DNA of 64,000 bases from an uncultured Gemmatimonadales bacterium (lineage in GTDB: Bacteria; Gemmatimonadota; Gemmatimonadetes; Gemmatimonadales; GWC2-71-9), in contig CAVYSW010000010.1 of the NCBI GenBank assembly GCA_963771275.1, positions 67,244 through 131,243 on the forward strand, written 5' to 3'. This document shows positions 1 through 9,573 of the stretch, in pieces (within the stretch, counting starts at the first letter, position 1; every line of letters starts with the position of its first letter). A program made the translations under genes and the position numbers. A model generated the notes under the pieces. It was not told where the DNA came from. It did no database searches and saw only the letters and a program-made list of their open reading frames with translations.

Positions 1-146
1 TGGCGGAGTCCTTCCAACCCCGAATCCGCCTGGACGACCGTGTAGCCCTCGCGCTCCAAAACCGCGCGTACGGTCGTGGCGAAATCCTCGTCGTCATCAA
101 CGATGAGAATGACCTTGGTGCCTCGGCGGGCTTCCGTCGCGGACAT
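1..146 (-). CDS. response regulator receiver-domain protein, N-terminal part (gene continues beyond window start)
   Basis: Reverse translation from ATG (146-144) gives MSATEARRGTKVILIVDDDEDFATTVRAVLEREGYTVVQADSGLEGL, a CheY-like receiver N-terminus with an acidic pocket. It is absent from the ORF track because the window edge truncates it. Confidence 0.8.
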   Translation of the reverse strand, partial: MSATEARRGTKVILIVDDDEDFATTVRAVLEREGYTVVQADSGLEGLR

Positions 147-364
147 GATCGGCTCCTTCCCGTGCGGGTGGTCGCCGTCAGCAACCGGTGAGCGGAATGG
201 GAGCGCACCCACCGATGCACGGCCATCATAGCACGGCGGCCCTGAAGGAAGGCTGAATTCCGGGCGAAGAACCACCCCGGCTCAAGCCGAGGAACCCTGT
301 CGGACTTGCCGCACGCGCGCGATCGTCTGCGCATCGTCTGTGGCGCCACTATCTTTCCGGCTCC

Positions 365-2434
365 ATGACCACCGCCCAGGCAGCACCGCAGGGCATCCGG
401 CCGCCGCCGGACGTGAACCCGCGCGCGGAGCCCGCCCTCGACTTCCCCGACCGGGAGTACGGCGAGCTGGCGCCGGCGGACTACGCGACGCTCGGCTTCC
501 TGGGCGGACTCGAGGTCCACCAGCAGCTCGCGACCCGCGGCAAGCTGTTCTGCCGCTGTCCGGCCGGCCGCTACGCCGAGCGCTGCGACGGCGAGGTGCT
601 GCGCCACATGCGGCCGACCCTGAGCGAGCTGGGGGAGTACGACGGCACCGCGCTGATGGAGTTCAAGACCAGGAAGGAGATCGTCTACCTGCTCGAGCGC
701 GGGTCGGTCTGCACGTACGAGATCGACGACACGCCGCCGTTCCCGATCGACGACGAGGCCGTGGAGATCGCGCTCGCCGTCGCGCAGCTGTTCGCGCTGA
801 ATCTGGTGGCCGAGCTGCACGTGATGCGGAAGCAGTACCTCGACGGCTCGATTCCCACGGGGTTCCAGCGCACCGCCATGGTGGGCCTCACCGGCCGCAT
901 CCCGTTCCACGTGCCCGAGCTGGGCGTGCGCCGCGAGCTCGCGATCCGCCAGCTGTCGCTCGAAGAGGATGCCTGCCGTGAGGTCTCGGACGTGGGCCAT
1001 CGCGTCACGTTTCGCACCGATCGGCTGGGCATGCCGCTCACCGAGGTGGTGACGGAGCCGGAGTTCCGCACGCCGCTCGAGGTCCAGGCGGGCGGCCGCC
1101 TGCTCGCGCAGGTCGCGCGCGCGACCGGCCGGGTCCGCCGCGGGGCCGGCGCGGCGCGGCAGGACGTCAACGTCTCGGTCGCCGGGGGCCGGCGGGTCGA
1201 GATCAAGGGCGTGGACAACCACCGGCATCTGCCGCGGCTGGTCCACGGCGAAGCGTACCGCCAGCTCAACCTGCTGCGGCTCCGGGCGGAGCTCGCGCGG
1301 CGCGGCGTCACCACCGACCTGCTGCGCCTTCCCGACAAGCGGCTCCCGTGGGAGGTCTCCCCGCTGGTGGCCGACGTGAGCGGCGCGTTCTCCCGGGCGC
1401 GCTACGCGCCGCTCCGCCAGGCCCGCGACCAGGGCATGACGGTCTGCGCGGTGCGGCTGCCGGGCTTTGGCGGGCTCCTCACCCAGCGCACGCAGCCGGG
1501 CCTCACCTTCGCCTACGAGCTGAGCGAGCGGGTGCGCGTCATCGCGTGCCCCGCCCACCAGCGATTCATGGCGCATTCCGATGCGCCGGAGGGCATCCCG
1601 CCGGCCAGGTGGCGGGAGGCCCGCGCCGCCGTGCAGGCGGAGACCGGGGACGCCGTCGTGCTGGTCTGGGCGGACCGCGCCGACGCCGCCACCGCCGCCC
1701 GCGAGATCCTGCTCCGCGCGCAGGACGCGACCCTGGGCGTGCCCGCCGAGACGCGCCAGGCGCACCGCGGCGGGACGACCGGATTCGAGCGCATCCTCCC
1801 GGGCGCCGACCGGATGTATCCCGATACCGACACGCCGCCCGTCCCGATCGCCGACGCCCTGATCGAGCGGGTGCGGGCGACGCTGCCGGAGCCGCCGTGG
1901 ACGCGCGCGGAGCGGTATGGCGCGCTGGGGCTCGATGAGGTGGCGGCGCACCGGCTCGCGGGGTCCTCGTGGGCGCGGCTGTTCGACCAGGCGGCGCCCC
2001 CCGCCGGAGGGCTCGCGCGCCGGCTCGCGGCGAGCCTCGCCAAGCGGATGCCGTTCCACGCGCGCGCGGGCCGCTGCGCGCCGGAGACCGCGGGCGCCAT
2101 GCTGCGCGGCGCGGTCTCGCGGATCGCGGCGGGGGAGATCCGGCCGGAGGCGCTGGATCGCCTGGTGGATGCCGCCGTGACTGCAGGCGACGCGGCGGTG
2201 GAGCCGACGCTCGCGCGGTTCGTGCGGCGCCCCGATGACGCCGCGCTGCGCGAGCGGGTGATCGACCGCGTCGCCCAACGGGCGCGGGCGCTCGCGAACC
2301 GCGGGCCGGCGACGCGGCTCCGCTGGTCGATGGGCCAGGCGATGCCCGAGCTGCTGGGACGGGCCGATCCGGCGGACGTGCGCCGCGGGCTCACGGACCG
2401 GCTCGGCGCGTCGGCCGGGGACGCCGCCCGATGA
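365..2434 (+). CDS. gatE: Glu-tRNA(Gln) amidotransferase subunit E-like (archaeal GatE type)
   Basis: 689 aa ORF. The motifs GGLEVHQQLATRGKLFCRCP, HMRPTLSELGEYDG, EIDDTPPFPIDDEAVEIA and HVMRKQYLDGSIPTGFQRT match the GatE (HQQL) rather than GatB pattern. Its length fits GatE with the insertion and tail domains. The stop overlaps the gatD start (ATGA). Confidence 0.85.
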   Translation: MTTAQAAPQGIRPPPDVNPRAEPALDFPDREYGELAPADYATLGFLGGLEVHQQLATRGKLFCRCPAGRYAERCDGEVLRHMRPTLSELGEYDGTALMEFKTRKEIVYLLERGSVCTYEIDDTPPFPIDDEAVEIALAVAQLFALNLVAELHVMRKQYLDGSIPTGFQRTAMVGLTGRIPFHVPELGVRRELAIRQLSLEEDACREVSDVGHRVTFRTDRLGMPLTEVVTEPEFRTPLEVQAGGRLLAQVARATGRVRRGAGAARQDVNVSVAGGRRVEIKGVDNHRHLPRLVHGEAYRQLNLLRLRAELARRGVTTDLLRLPDKRLPWEVSPLVADVSGAFSRARYAPLRQARDQGMTVCAVRLPGFGGLLTQRTQPGLTFAYELSERVRVIACPAHQRFMAHSDAPEGIPPARWREARAAVQAETGDAVVLVWADRADAATAAREILLRAQDATLGVPAETRQAHRGGTTGFERILPGADRMYPDTDTPPVPIADALIERVRATLPEPPWTRAERYGALGLDEVAAHRLAGSSWARLFDQAAPPAGGLARRLAASLAKRMPFHARAGRCAPETAGAMLRGAVSRIAAGEIRPEALDRLVDAAVTAGDAAVEPTLARFVRRPDDAALRERVIDRVAQRARALANRGPATRLRWSMGQAMPELLGRADPADVRRGLTDRLGASAGDAAR

Positions 2435-3823
2435 GCGGCGAGAGCGCCTACCGCGGCTATCGCGGTCCCTGCGTGGCCGTGATGCAGCGGCTCGGCTTCC
2501 GGGTGTGGAGTGAGGTCCGGATGCGGACCTCGCGCGGGGAGTTCGAGGGGCTCGTGCTGCCGCGGTCCGAGACCAGCGACGAGCACCACATCGTGCTGAA
2601 GCTCGGCACCGGCTACAACATCGGCATCCGCCACGACACCGTGCTCGCGGTGGAGCTGCTCGGCTACCGGGAAGCCGTCTACAAGATCCCCGAGCAGGCG
2701 TTCCCGGTGGATCCCGCTGCTGCCGCGCGTCAAGCTGTTCGGCACGGGCGGCACGATCGCCTCGCGGCTCGACTACCGCACCGGCGCGGTGATCCCGGCG
2801 TTCACGCCCGGCGAGCTGTACGGCTCGGTGCCGGAGCTCGCCGACATCTGCAATCTCGAGACGGAGAAGCTGTTCGGCATCTTCTCCGAGAACATGGGGC
2901 CGGAGCAGTACGTGGTGCTCGCCGAGCACGTGGGCGAGGCGATCCGCGCGGGCTACGACGGCATCGTGATCGGCCACGGCACCGACACGATGCACCACAC
3001 CGCGGCGGTGCTGAGCTTCATGGTGCAGCGCCCGCCGGTGCCGGTCGTGATGGTCGGGAGCCAACGCTCGTCGGACCGGCCGTCGTCCGACGCGGCGCGC
3101 AACCTGATCAGCGCCACGTGGACGGCGGCGCGCGGGCCGATCGCCGAGGTGATGGTGTGCATGTTCGGCCCGACGTCGGACAGCTACAACCTGCTGCATC
3201 GCGGCACCCGGGTCCGCAAGATGCACAGCTCCTACCGGAGCACGTTCCGCACGCTGGGCGACATCCCGCTCGCGATGGTGGAGGACGCGGTCGTGACGCC
3301 GCTCAAGGACGACTGGCGGCCCCGCCGCAGCGATCGCGAGGTGACGGTCCAGGCCGTCTACGACGAGCGGGTGACGATCCTGTACTACTATCCGGGCATG
3401 CACCCGGACCTGCTCGATGCGCTGGTGGACCGCGGCTACCGCGGGATCGTGATCGCCGGCACCGGGCTCGGGCACGTGAACCGCAAGATCTATCCCGCGC
3501 TCGAGCGGGCGCACGCCGCCGGCGTGCACATGTACATGACGCTCCAGACGCTGTGGGGCTTCGTGCAGATGCAGGTGTACGAGACGGGCCGCGAGATCCT
3601 CCAGCTCGGCGTGGTGCCGCTGGCCAACATGCTGCCCGAGGTGGCGTTCGTGAAGCTGGGCTGGGCGCTCGGCGCGCACCCCGACGACCCGGCCGCGGTC
3701 CGCGCGCTGATGACGACCACGCTCGCCGGCGAGATGACGGAGCGGGAGCCGCACGACGGATACCTGATTCTCCAGGGCGCCGTGCCGGAGATCAAGCAGT
3801 TCCTGGCGACGGTGTGGAAGTAA
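2431..3823 (+). CDS. gatD: Glu-tRNA(Gln) amidotransferase subunit D-like (GatD, asparaginase-type), interrupted by an apparent +1 frameshift near 2713-2716
   Basis: The N-terminal domain is in the frame of ORF 2431 (…GLVLPRSETSDEHHIVLKLGTGYNIGI…YKIPEQAFPVDP). Reading then continues in the frame of ORF 2789 (LLPRVKLFGTGGTIASRLDYRTGAVIPAFTP…HGTDTMHHTAAVLSF…GSQRSSDRPSSDA), which carries the asparaginase/GatD signature. Confidence 0.8.
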
Positions 3824-3824
3824 C

Positions 3825-3908
3825 GTGCGTGCAGCGTGGAGCGTGCAGCGTAACTGCCTCGGCTATCGGCCATCGGCTAACGGCCAACGGCCAACGGCTA
3901 ACGGAGAC
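3825..3908. repeat. phased tandem heptanucleotide array (class A NAGCGTG x4, then class B CGGCYAW x6)
   Basis: gtgcgtg cagcgtg gagcgtg cagcgta actgcct cggctat cggccat cggctaa cggccaa cggccaa cggctaa cggagac stay in one 7-nt phase. The array fills the gatD-glnS spacer and ends in CTAACGGAGACGTAGC-ATG. Confidence 0.85.
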
Positions 3909-3913
3909 GTAGC

Positions 3914-5599
3914 ATGACGGAGCGGGGGGGGCAGGACTTCATCCGCGCGATGGTCGCGCGCGACACGGCGGCCGGCAAGTGGAGCAGCCGGGTCGCGACG
4001 CGGTTCCCCCCCGAGCCCAACGGCTATCTGCACATCGGGCACGCCAAGTCGATGTGTCTCAACTTCGGTCTGGCGCGGGAGCACGGCGGCACGTGCAATC
4101 TCCGGTTCGACGACACCAACCCGCTCACCGAAGACCAGAAGTACGTGGACGCGATCAAGCAGGACATCCGGTGGATGGGGTTCGAGTGGGCGGGCGAGTT
4201 CTACGCCTCGGACTACTTCGAGCGGCTGTACGACTTCGCGGTGATCCTGATCCAGCAGGGCAGGGCCTACGTGGATTCCCAGAGCGAAGAGGAGATCCGG
4301 CTGGGCCGCGGGAGCCTCACTCGGCCTGGTCTGGAGAGCCCCTATCGCCAGCGGTCGATCGCCGAGAACCTTGATCTGTTCGCCCGGATGCGCGCGCGGG
4401 AGTTCCCCGACGGCGCGCACGTCCTGCGGGCGAAGATCGACATGACGCACCCCAACTTCCTGATGCGCGACCCGCTGCTCTACCGCATCCGGCACGCGTC
4501 ACACTACCGCCGCGGCGACGCGTGGTGCCTCTACCCGCTGTACGACTTCACGCACTGCCTGTCGGACGCGATCGAGCGGATCACCCACTCGCTCTGCACC
4601 CTGGAGTTCAAGGACAACCGCGAGCTGTACGACTGGATCGTGCACGCGGTCGGCATCCCCGAGCCGCCCGAGCAGACCGAGTTCGCGCGGCTCAACCTGG
4701 ACTACACGGTGCTGTCGAAGCGGAAGCTCGTGCGGCTGGTGCGGGAGGGCCGGGTGGGCGGGTGGGACGACCCCCGGATGCCGACCATCGCCGGCCTCAG
4801 GCGCCGTGGCGTGACGCCGGAGGCGATTCGCGCGTTCGCCGACATGGTGGGTGTGGCGCGGGTCGAGAGCCGGGTGGATCTGGAGAAGCTCGAGCACACC
4901 ATCCGGGACGACTTGAACCTCCAGGTGCCGCGCGTGCTGTGCGTGCTCAAGCCGCTCAAGGTCGTGATCGAGAACTGGCCGGACGGGCAGGTCGACGAGC
5001 TGGAGGCCCCGTACTACCCCCACGACGTGCCGAAGGAGGGGGCCCGCACGCTGCCGTTCTCGGGCGTGCTCTACATCGAGCGGGACGACTTCCTGGAGGA
5101 CCCGCCGAAAGGGTTCTTCCGCCTTGCCCCGGGGCGCGAGGTCCGGCTGCGCTACGGCTACCTGATCACGTGCACCGGGGTGGTCAAGGACGCGTCGGGG
5201 CAGGTGGTGGAGCTGCGCTGCACCTACGACCCGGCCACGCGCGGCGGCGATACGCCCGATGGTCGCAAGGTGAAGGGGACGATCCACTGGGTGTCGGCGG
5301 CGCACGCGCTCACCGCCGAGGTCCGGCTGTACGATCGGCTGTTCACCAAGCCGGACCCCGACGACGTGGGGGACGAGGAGGACTTCACGGCCACGCTCAA
5401 TCCGGAGTCCCTCGTCGTGCTGCCGGATGCGCGCGTCGAGCCGAGCGTGGCGCTCGACCCGCCGGGCTCGCGCTATCAGTTCGAGCGTCAGGGCTACTTC
5501 GTGAGCGACCTCATGGACTCGCAGCCCGGGGCTCTGGTGTTCAACCGCACCGTCCAGCTGCGGGATACCTGGGCCAAGGTCGTCGCGAAAGGTGCCTGA
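3914..5599 (+). CDS. glnS: glutaminyl-tRNA synthetase
   Basis: 561 aa. It has the class I HIGH motif ([14 protein letters not shown]), a VLSKRKL (KMSKS-like) motif and typical GlnRS blocks ([33 protein letters not shown]). Confidence 0.95.
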   Translation: MTERGGQDFIRAMVARDTAAGKWSSRVATRFPPEPNGYLHIGHAKSMCLNFGLAREHGGTCNLRFDDTNPLTEDQKYVDAIKQDIRWMGFEWAGEFYASDYFERLYDFAVILIQQGRAYVDSQSEEEIRLGRGSLTRPGLESPYRQRSIAENLDLFARMRAREFPDGAHVLRAKIDMTHPNFLMRDPLLYRIRHASHYRRGDAWCLYPLYDFTHCLSDAIERITHSLCTLEFKDNRELYDWIVHAVGIPEPPEQTEFARLNLDYTVLSKRKLVRLVREGRVGGWDDPRMPTIAGLRRRGVTPEAIRAFADMVGVARVESRVDLEKLEHTIRDDLNLQVPRVLCVLKPLKVVIENWPDGQVDELEAPYYPHDVPKEGARTLPFSGVLYIERDDFLEDPPKGFFRLAPGREVRLRYGYLITCTGVVKDASGQVVELRCTYDPATRGGDTPDGRKVKGTIHWVSAAHALTAEVRLYDRLFTKPDPDDVGDEEDFTATLNPESLVVLPDARVEPSVALDPPGSRYQFERQGYFVSDLMDSQPGALVFNRTVQLRDTWAKVVAKGA

Positions 5600-5605
5600 G
5601 CCCGG

Positions 5606-6295
5606 CTACATCCCGGCGCCGAGCAGGGCCGGGAAGTTCGCGATGACCTTCTTCTTGCCGTCGCCCGAGATCGGCTTGGCGCCGAGATAGACGTCGAACA
5701 GCGCCCAGCACAGGGCCGGTGACGCGATCGCCGGCCGCTCGGCGCCCTTCACCAGCGAGTGCAGCGTGCCGTTGGCGCAGGTGAACACCAGCTCCGCGTC
5801 CTTGGTCATCTGCTCGACGCTGAAGTAGCCGCGGAACGTCTGAAGCGCCTCCGCCCCGCCCGGCATGTTCATCTCGGCCGCGGCGCGCGCGACCCGGGGC
5901 CCGAGCGACTCCTCGAAGGCCGAGGCCATCGTCTCGCCGTCCACGTTTCGGGTCATGACGAGCCGCAGGCTCATCGGGAACGTCAGCTTGATCAGCGCGT
6001 CGTAGAACGACGGGTCCTTCTGCAGCGTCTTGAGGTCCTTGCCGGCGAAGCTCGCGAGCTGTTGCCGGGCGGCGGCCGAGTCGACGTACAGGCCGAACGC
6101 GTAGACCTTCACCGCGAGGAAGGTCTTGGTGCGGAGCCCCGTGCCCATCAGAATCTCGTCGCCCGACGGGGTGGTGAGGTGCAGCGGGAACGGCACGCCG
6201 CTGCCGGGCTCGTTGACGGTTTGCTGCGCGGGGAGCGCGCCGGCGCCGAGCAACATGACGCCCGCGAGCAGGGGAATGGCGGTGCGTTGCATCAT
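5606..6295 (-). CDS. secreted chalcone-isomerase-like (CHI fold) family protein
   Basis: 229 aa with a signal peptide (MMQRTAIPLLAGVMLLGAGALPAQQ). The pattern GLRTKTFLAVKVYAFGLYVD is typical of bacterial chalcone isomerase-like proteins. Confidence 0.7.
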   Translation of the reverse strand: MMQRTAIPLLAGVMLLGAGALPAQQTVNEPGSGVPFPLHLTTPSGDEILMGTGLRTKTFLAVKVYAFGLYVDSAAARQQLASFAGKDLKTLQKDPSFYDALIKLTFPMSLRLVMTRNVDGETMASAFEESLGPRVARAAAEMNMPGGAEALQTFRGYFSVEQMTKDAELVFTCANGTLHSLVKGAERPAIASPALCWALFDVYLGAKPISGDGKKKVIANFPALLGAGM

Positions 6296-6377
6296 CGTCG
6301 TCCTCGGAGGAGGGGGTAGGGGGAGGAATCAAACCTACGCCCCGGCCACGGTGGCGGAAGGGCCGGGTCTGTGCGGG

Positions 6378-6475
6378 CAGCGTGTAGCGTGTAGCGTACA
6401 GCGTGCAGCATGACTCCACTCGGCATGGAGCGATCGGCCATCGGCTATCGGCTATCGGCCAACGCCGATCGTGCG
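6378..6475. repeat. phased tandem heptanucleotide array (class A x5, spacer, class B x4-5)
   Basis: cagcgtg tagcgtg tagcgta cagcgtg cagcatg actccac tcggcat ggagcga tcggcca tcggcta tcggcta tcggcca acgccga. It has the same two repeat classes, order and plus-strand orientation as 3825-3908, and it overlaps the 3' end and stop codon of the Nramp gene. Confidence 0.85.
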
Positions 6476-7819
6476 CGCCGCCTCGTAGGTGAAATACCCG
6501 AGCGTCGCGATCAGGATGGCGTTCGTGAGCCAGCGATTCCTGAGGCTCGCGCCCACCCATGCCGTCCGGGTGTTGAGCAGCAGCAGCGTGAGGGCGAGGA
6601 GCGGCATGAAGCACGCGCCGAGCACGGCGTAGGAGAGCTGGGCCCGCTCCAGCGACATCCAGAGGAGCGGCAGCGGCACCAGCGCGATTCCCACGAGATA
6701 CGCGCGATAGGGCCGGGTGCCGGCGAGCGCGGTCGGGACCGGGGAGCGGCGGTCGGCGGCGCGGCGGTGCAGGTAATAGAAGTCGGCGAACAGGTAGGGG
6801 ATGCTCTGCCACACGCCGAGCAGGCTCGAGAACACCGCGCCCCAGAAGCCTGCGAGGAAGATCCACTTGCCCGCCGGCCCGAGCACCAGGGCGAGCTGCC
6901 CGGCAAGCTCGAGCGCCGCCGTCGGGCCCTGGCGCAGGGTGACGCGCGAGCCGATCAGGATCATCGAGAGGCCGAACAGCGCGGTCAGGGCGTAGCCGGC
7001 CCCGAGATCGATGCGGCAGTCCCGGGCGCCGCGCTCCCCCGCGCGGCCCTGCTCCCTGATCCAGTAGCCGTAGGACATGAGCGTGACTGTGCCGCCCACG
7101 CCGCCCAGCACACCCAGGGTGTAGGCGGTGCCGCCCTCCGGGACGCGCGGCACGAAGAGCCCCGCGGCCACCTCTCCCCAGTCGGGGTGGATCAGCACCG
7201 CCGTGAGGATCACGCCCACGAACATCAGGGCCACGCACAGCGCCATCAGCCGCGCGAACAGGCGGAACCCGCCGCGCCACACCAGGGCGGCGCCCACCAG
7301 CGAGTGGATCATGCCCCAGAGGATCTTGGAGCGCGCGAGGTCGTGGCCCAGGGGGAGGATGCCGGTGCCCGCGACGCCGCACGCGCTGATCAGCGCGCCG
7401 CCGGTGAAGAAGGTCCAGGGCAGCAAGTAGAGCAGGAAGATCCACCGGATCCACGGGCCGAGCCGGTCCACCCAGCCCTCGAGCAGGGTGGTGCCGGTCG
7501 CCATCTGCCAGCGGGCGATGCCCTCGTTCAGGAACCACTTGATCAGGGCGCCGATCCACGCGGCCCAGAGCAGCGTGAGCCCGAAGCGCGAGCCCGCGAG
7601 ACTCGCCGTGAGGAGATCGCCGGCGCCCACTCCGGTGGCGGCGACCAGCATGCCGGGGGCGAGCAGCGCGAGCCACGAGTGTCGCGACGGAGCCTGTTGC
7701 ACGGCGCCGAAGGTGGTGGGCGTCCGGCGAGGCCGCAAGGCGCGGGTCGCCTCGGCGTGATTCCGCGCCGAGCGGTGGTCGGGAAGGGTGCTGCGGAGAG
7801 ACCTCCGTGGGGTTGGCAC
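6452..7819 (-). CDS. Nramp-family divalent metal cation transporter
   Basis: 455 aa polytopic ORF. LLAPGMLVAATGVGAGDLLTASLAGSRFGLTLLWAAWIGALIKWFLNEGIARW matches the Nramp/MntH N-terminal signature. GTG start at 7819 (start uncertain). Confidence 0.85.
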   Translation of the reverse strand: MPTPRRSLRSTLPDHRSARNHAEATRALRPRRTPTTFGAVQQAPSRHSWLALLAPGMLVAATGVGAGDLLTASLAGSRFGLTLLWAAWIGALIKWFLNEGIARWQMATGTTLLEGWVDRLGPWIRWIFLLYLLPWTFFTGGALISACGVAGTGILPLGHDLARSKILWGMIHSLVGAALVWRGGFRLFARLMALCVALMFVGVILTAVLIHPDWGEVAAGLFVPRVPEGGTAYTLGVLGGVGGTVTLMSYGYWIREQGRAGERGARDCRIDLGAGYALTALFGLSMILIGSRVTLRQGPTAALELAGQLALVLGPAGKWIFLAGFWGAVFSSLLGVWQSIPYLFADFYYLHRRAADRRSPVPTALAGTRPYRAYLVGIALVPLPLLWMSLERAQLSYAVLGACFMPLLALTLLLLNTRTAWVGASLRNRWLTNAILIATLGYFTYEAARTIGVGR

Positions 7820-8033
7820 CTGGCGATCTCGCTGGCCATCGCCGCTTGCCCAGCGCGGACTCCCACGGCCGAATTACGGACCGCGAGCGGCCGGCATTTC
7901 AATGCGCACGGCGTAATACCGGGGAGGGTTCGATCTCAACTCCACGCCGTCCGTCCACACGCGAAGGCTCGCGCCGGTATGGATGTCACGAGGGCTTCCG
8001 CTCACCCACGTCCCGCTCCCGGTGAATCCCCCC

Positions 8034-8498
8034 TCATCCAAGACGTCCCCGCGGCTCATCGCCGCCAAGCCCGGGCTCGCCCACGTCCGCGTCGGCGTCG
8101 CGCAATTCCGGGTCCTTCGCCATTCTGGCCAGGGCCAGCGAACCAGCAGCGCAACCGGCACCCGACAGTGTGAAGATGGGGCCCAACACCAGAAAGTCAT
8201 TCCCTCCAAGGGCGGCGGCCAACACGACGGCGAGCAGAAAACCACCAACGCCTCCCCACGCTGCAAAGTGTGGCAGCGACATCTGATCAAACCTGCGACG
8301 GCCCTCAGCGATCCCGAGCACCGCCGAGAAGGTGACGCCGGCAAGGAAGCCGAGCAGACCAAAGAACAGGGGAAACGGGACGTCGGCGGCGCCAACACCG
8401 ACCACGAGCAGGAGGATGAGCCCCGCGCCGAACCATGCCATGGCCCAGATCAGGCCCATCCCGATGGCTCCGCGAATTCGTCTGAGCCACTTCCTCAT
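8034..8498 (-). CDS. hypothetical small integral membrane protein
   Basis: This is the internal ATG (8498) of ORF 8034..9014, giving 154 aa (MRKWLRRIRGAIGMGLIWAMAWFGAGLILLLVV…) with about 4 hydrophobic helices. The upstream part of the ORF is Arg/His-rich shadow sequence. Confidence 0.55.
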   Translation of the reverse strand: MRKWLRRIRGAIGMGLIWAMAWFGAGLILLLVVGVGAADVPFPLFFGLLGFLAGVTFSAVLGIAEGRRRFDQMSLPHFAAWGGVGGFLLAVVLAAALGGNDFLVLGPIFTLSGAGCAAGSLALARMAKDPELRDADADVGEPGLGGDEPRGRLG

Positions 8499-8711
8499 TA
8501 CGACCTCCCGGTGCACTTGGACCGTTACTGTGGTCGCTTGCTTCCCGCCACACACATGGACTTTGCATCGCAAAGTACGCGGTCGGCAGCTGGGGGACAA
8601 GCGCCGTGCGGTTCGGCGCCCCGCTGCGTGGTTTCGATGACGCGCCCCGTGGGGGGCTCGCGCATCGTCCCGCGTGACCCCTTGCGCGCCCTTTCGAGCC
8701 GAGCCGACCTT

Positions 8712-9260
8712 ATGGGCATGGCAGCTCCGACGTACTACACGGCCGACATGGTCCGGGCATTGCCGGACGACGGCAACCGCTACGAGGTGGTGCACGGGGA
8801 GCTGCTCGTGACCCCGGCCCCGCGCTTCTGGCATCAGGAGATCGTGCGCCGTCTGGTCCTCGGCTTGAGCGCGTACACCGCCCGCGAGTCGGTCGGCCAC
8901 GTCATCGCCTCCCCTGCCGACCTCTCGTGGAGCGGGGACGTCCTGGTGCAGCCCGACGTGTTCGTGGCCGACCTGACGGAAGCGCGCACGCTCGACTGGT
9001 CGCGGATGCGGCACCTGTTGCTGGCCGTCGAGGTCCTGAGCCCATCGAGCGCCCGCGCCGACCGGTTCACCAAGCGGCGATTGTACCAGGAAGTCGGCGT
9101 ACCCGCCTACTGGATCGTGGACGCCGATCAGCGATTCGTCGAGGTGTGGACACCGACGGCGACCTTCCCGGCGGTCGAGCGCGACCGGGTTACGTGGCGG
9201 CCGCCGGGCGCGGGCGCGCCGTTCGTGCTCGGGATCGCGGAGCTGTTCCAGCCGATCTGA
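8712..9260 (+). CDS. Uma2 family (DUF820) putative endonuclease
   Basis: Internal ATG 8712 of ORF 7983..9260. The sequence YEVVHGELLVTPAP…QPDVFV…LAVEVLSPSSARADRFTKRRLYQEVGVPAYWIVD is the canonical Uma2 PD-(D/E)XK pattern. Confidence 0.8.
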   Translation: MGMAAPTYYTADMVRALPDDGNRYEVVHGELLVTPAPRFWHQEIVRRLVLGLSAYTARESVGHVIASPADLSWSGDVLVQPDVFVADLTEARTLDWSRMRHLLLAVEVLSPSSARADRFTKRRLYQEVGVPAYWIVDADQRFVEVWTPTATFPAVERDRVTWRPPGAGAPFVLGIAELFQPI

Positions 9261-9315
9261 GCGGTGTCGCGTCGTGAGTTTTGACGGGCCACCATGATGG
9301 TACTATGATGCCATC

Positions 9316-9573
9316 ATGATGCGCATGCAGATCCAGCTCACCGAAGACCAGCACCGCCGCCTGAAGCGCTGGGCGGCGAGTCTCGGCATCTCGTTGTCCG
9401 AGGCGGTGCGCCGCTGCATCGCCGACCGCCTGGCGGTCGAGCCGGGGGACACCACGCGCGCGACCCGCGTCCGCGAGGCGCGCGCCGTCGTCGGGAAGTA
9501 CGCCGACCCCGGGGGCAAGTCCCGCGTCGCCCGCGAGCACGACGCGCACCTGGCCGAGGCGTACCGCGCGTGA
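9316..9573 (+). CDS. vapB: ribbon-helix-helix (CopG/VapB-like) antitoxin
   Basis: 85 aa. MQIQLTEDQHRRLKRWAASLGISLSEAVRRCI is a typical RHH fold sequence. The stop overlaps the GTG of a PIN-like remnant (GTGA). Confidence 0.7.
   Translation: MMRMQIQLTEDQHRRLKRWAASLGISLSEAVRRCIADRLAVEPGDTTRATRVREARAVVGKYADPGGKSRVAREHDAHLAEAYRA

Noticed and set aside
5541-7676. 711-aa minus-strand ORF, and also the 587-aa plus-strand ORF 6410..8173, spanning the CHI-like and Nramp genes
   Set aside because: The translations are Arg/Pro/Gly/His-rich low-complexity sequence with no motifs. They overlap genes that have clear family signatures in other frames, so they are typical GC-driven shadow ORFs.
7820-8033. 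Possible small gene between the Nramp start and the membrane-protein stop (ORFs 7807..8025 and 7874..8398)
   Set aside because: The translations are Arg/Ser/Cys-rich without motifs or an RBS. The interval is treated as intergenic.
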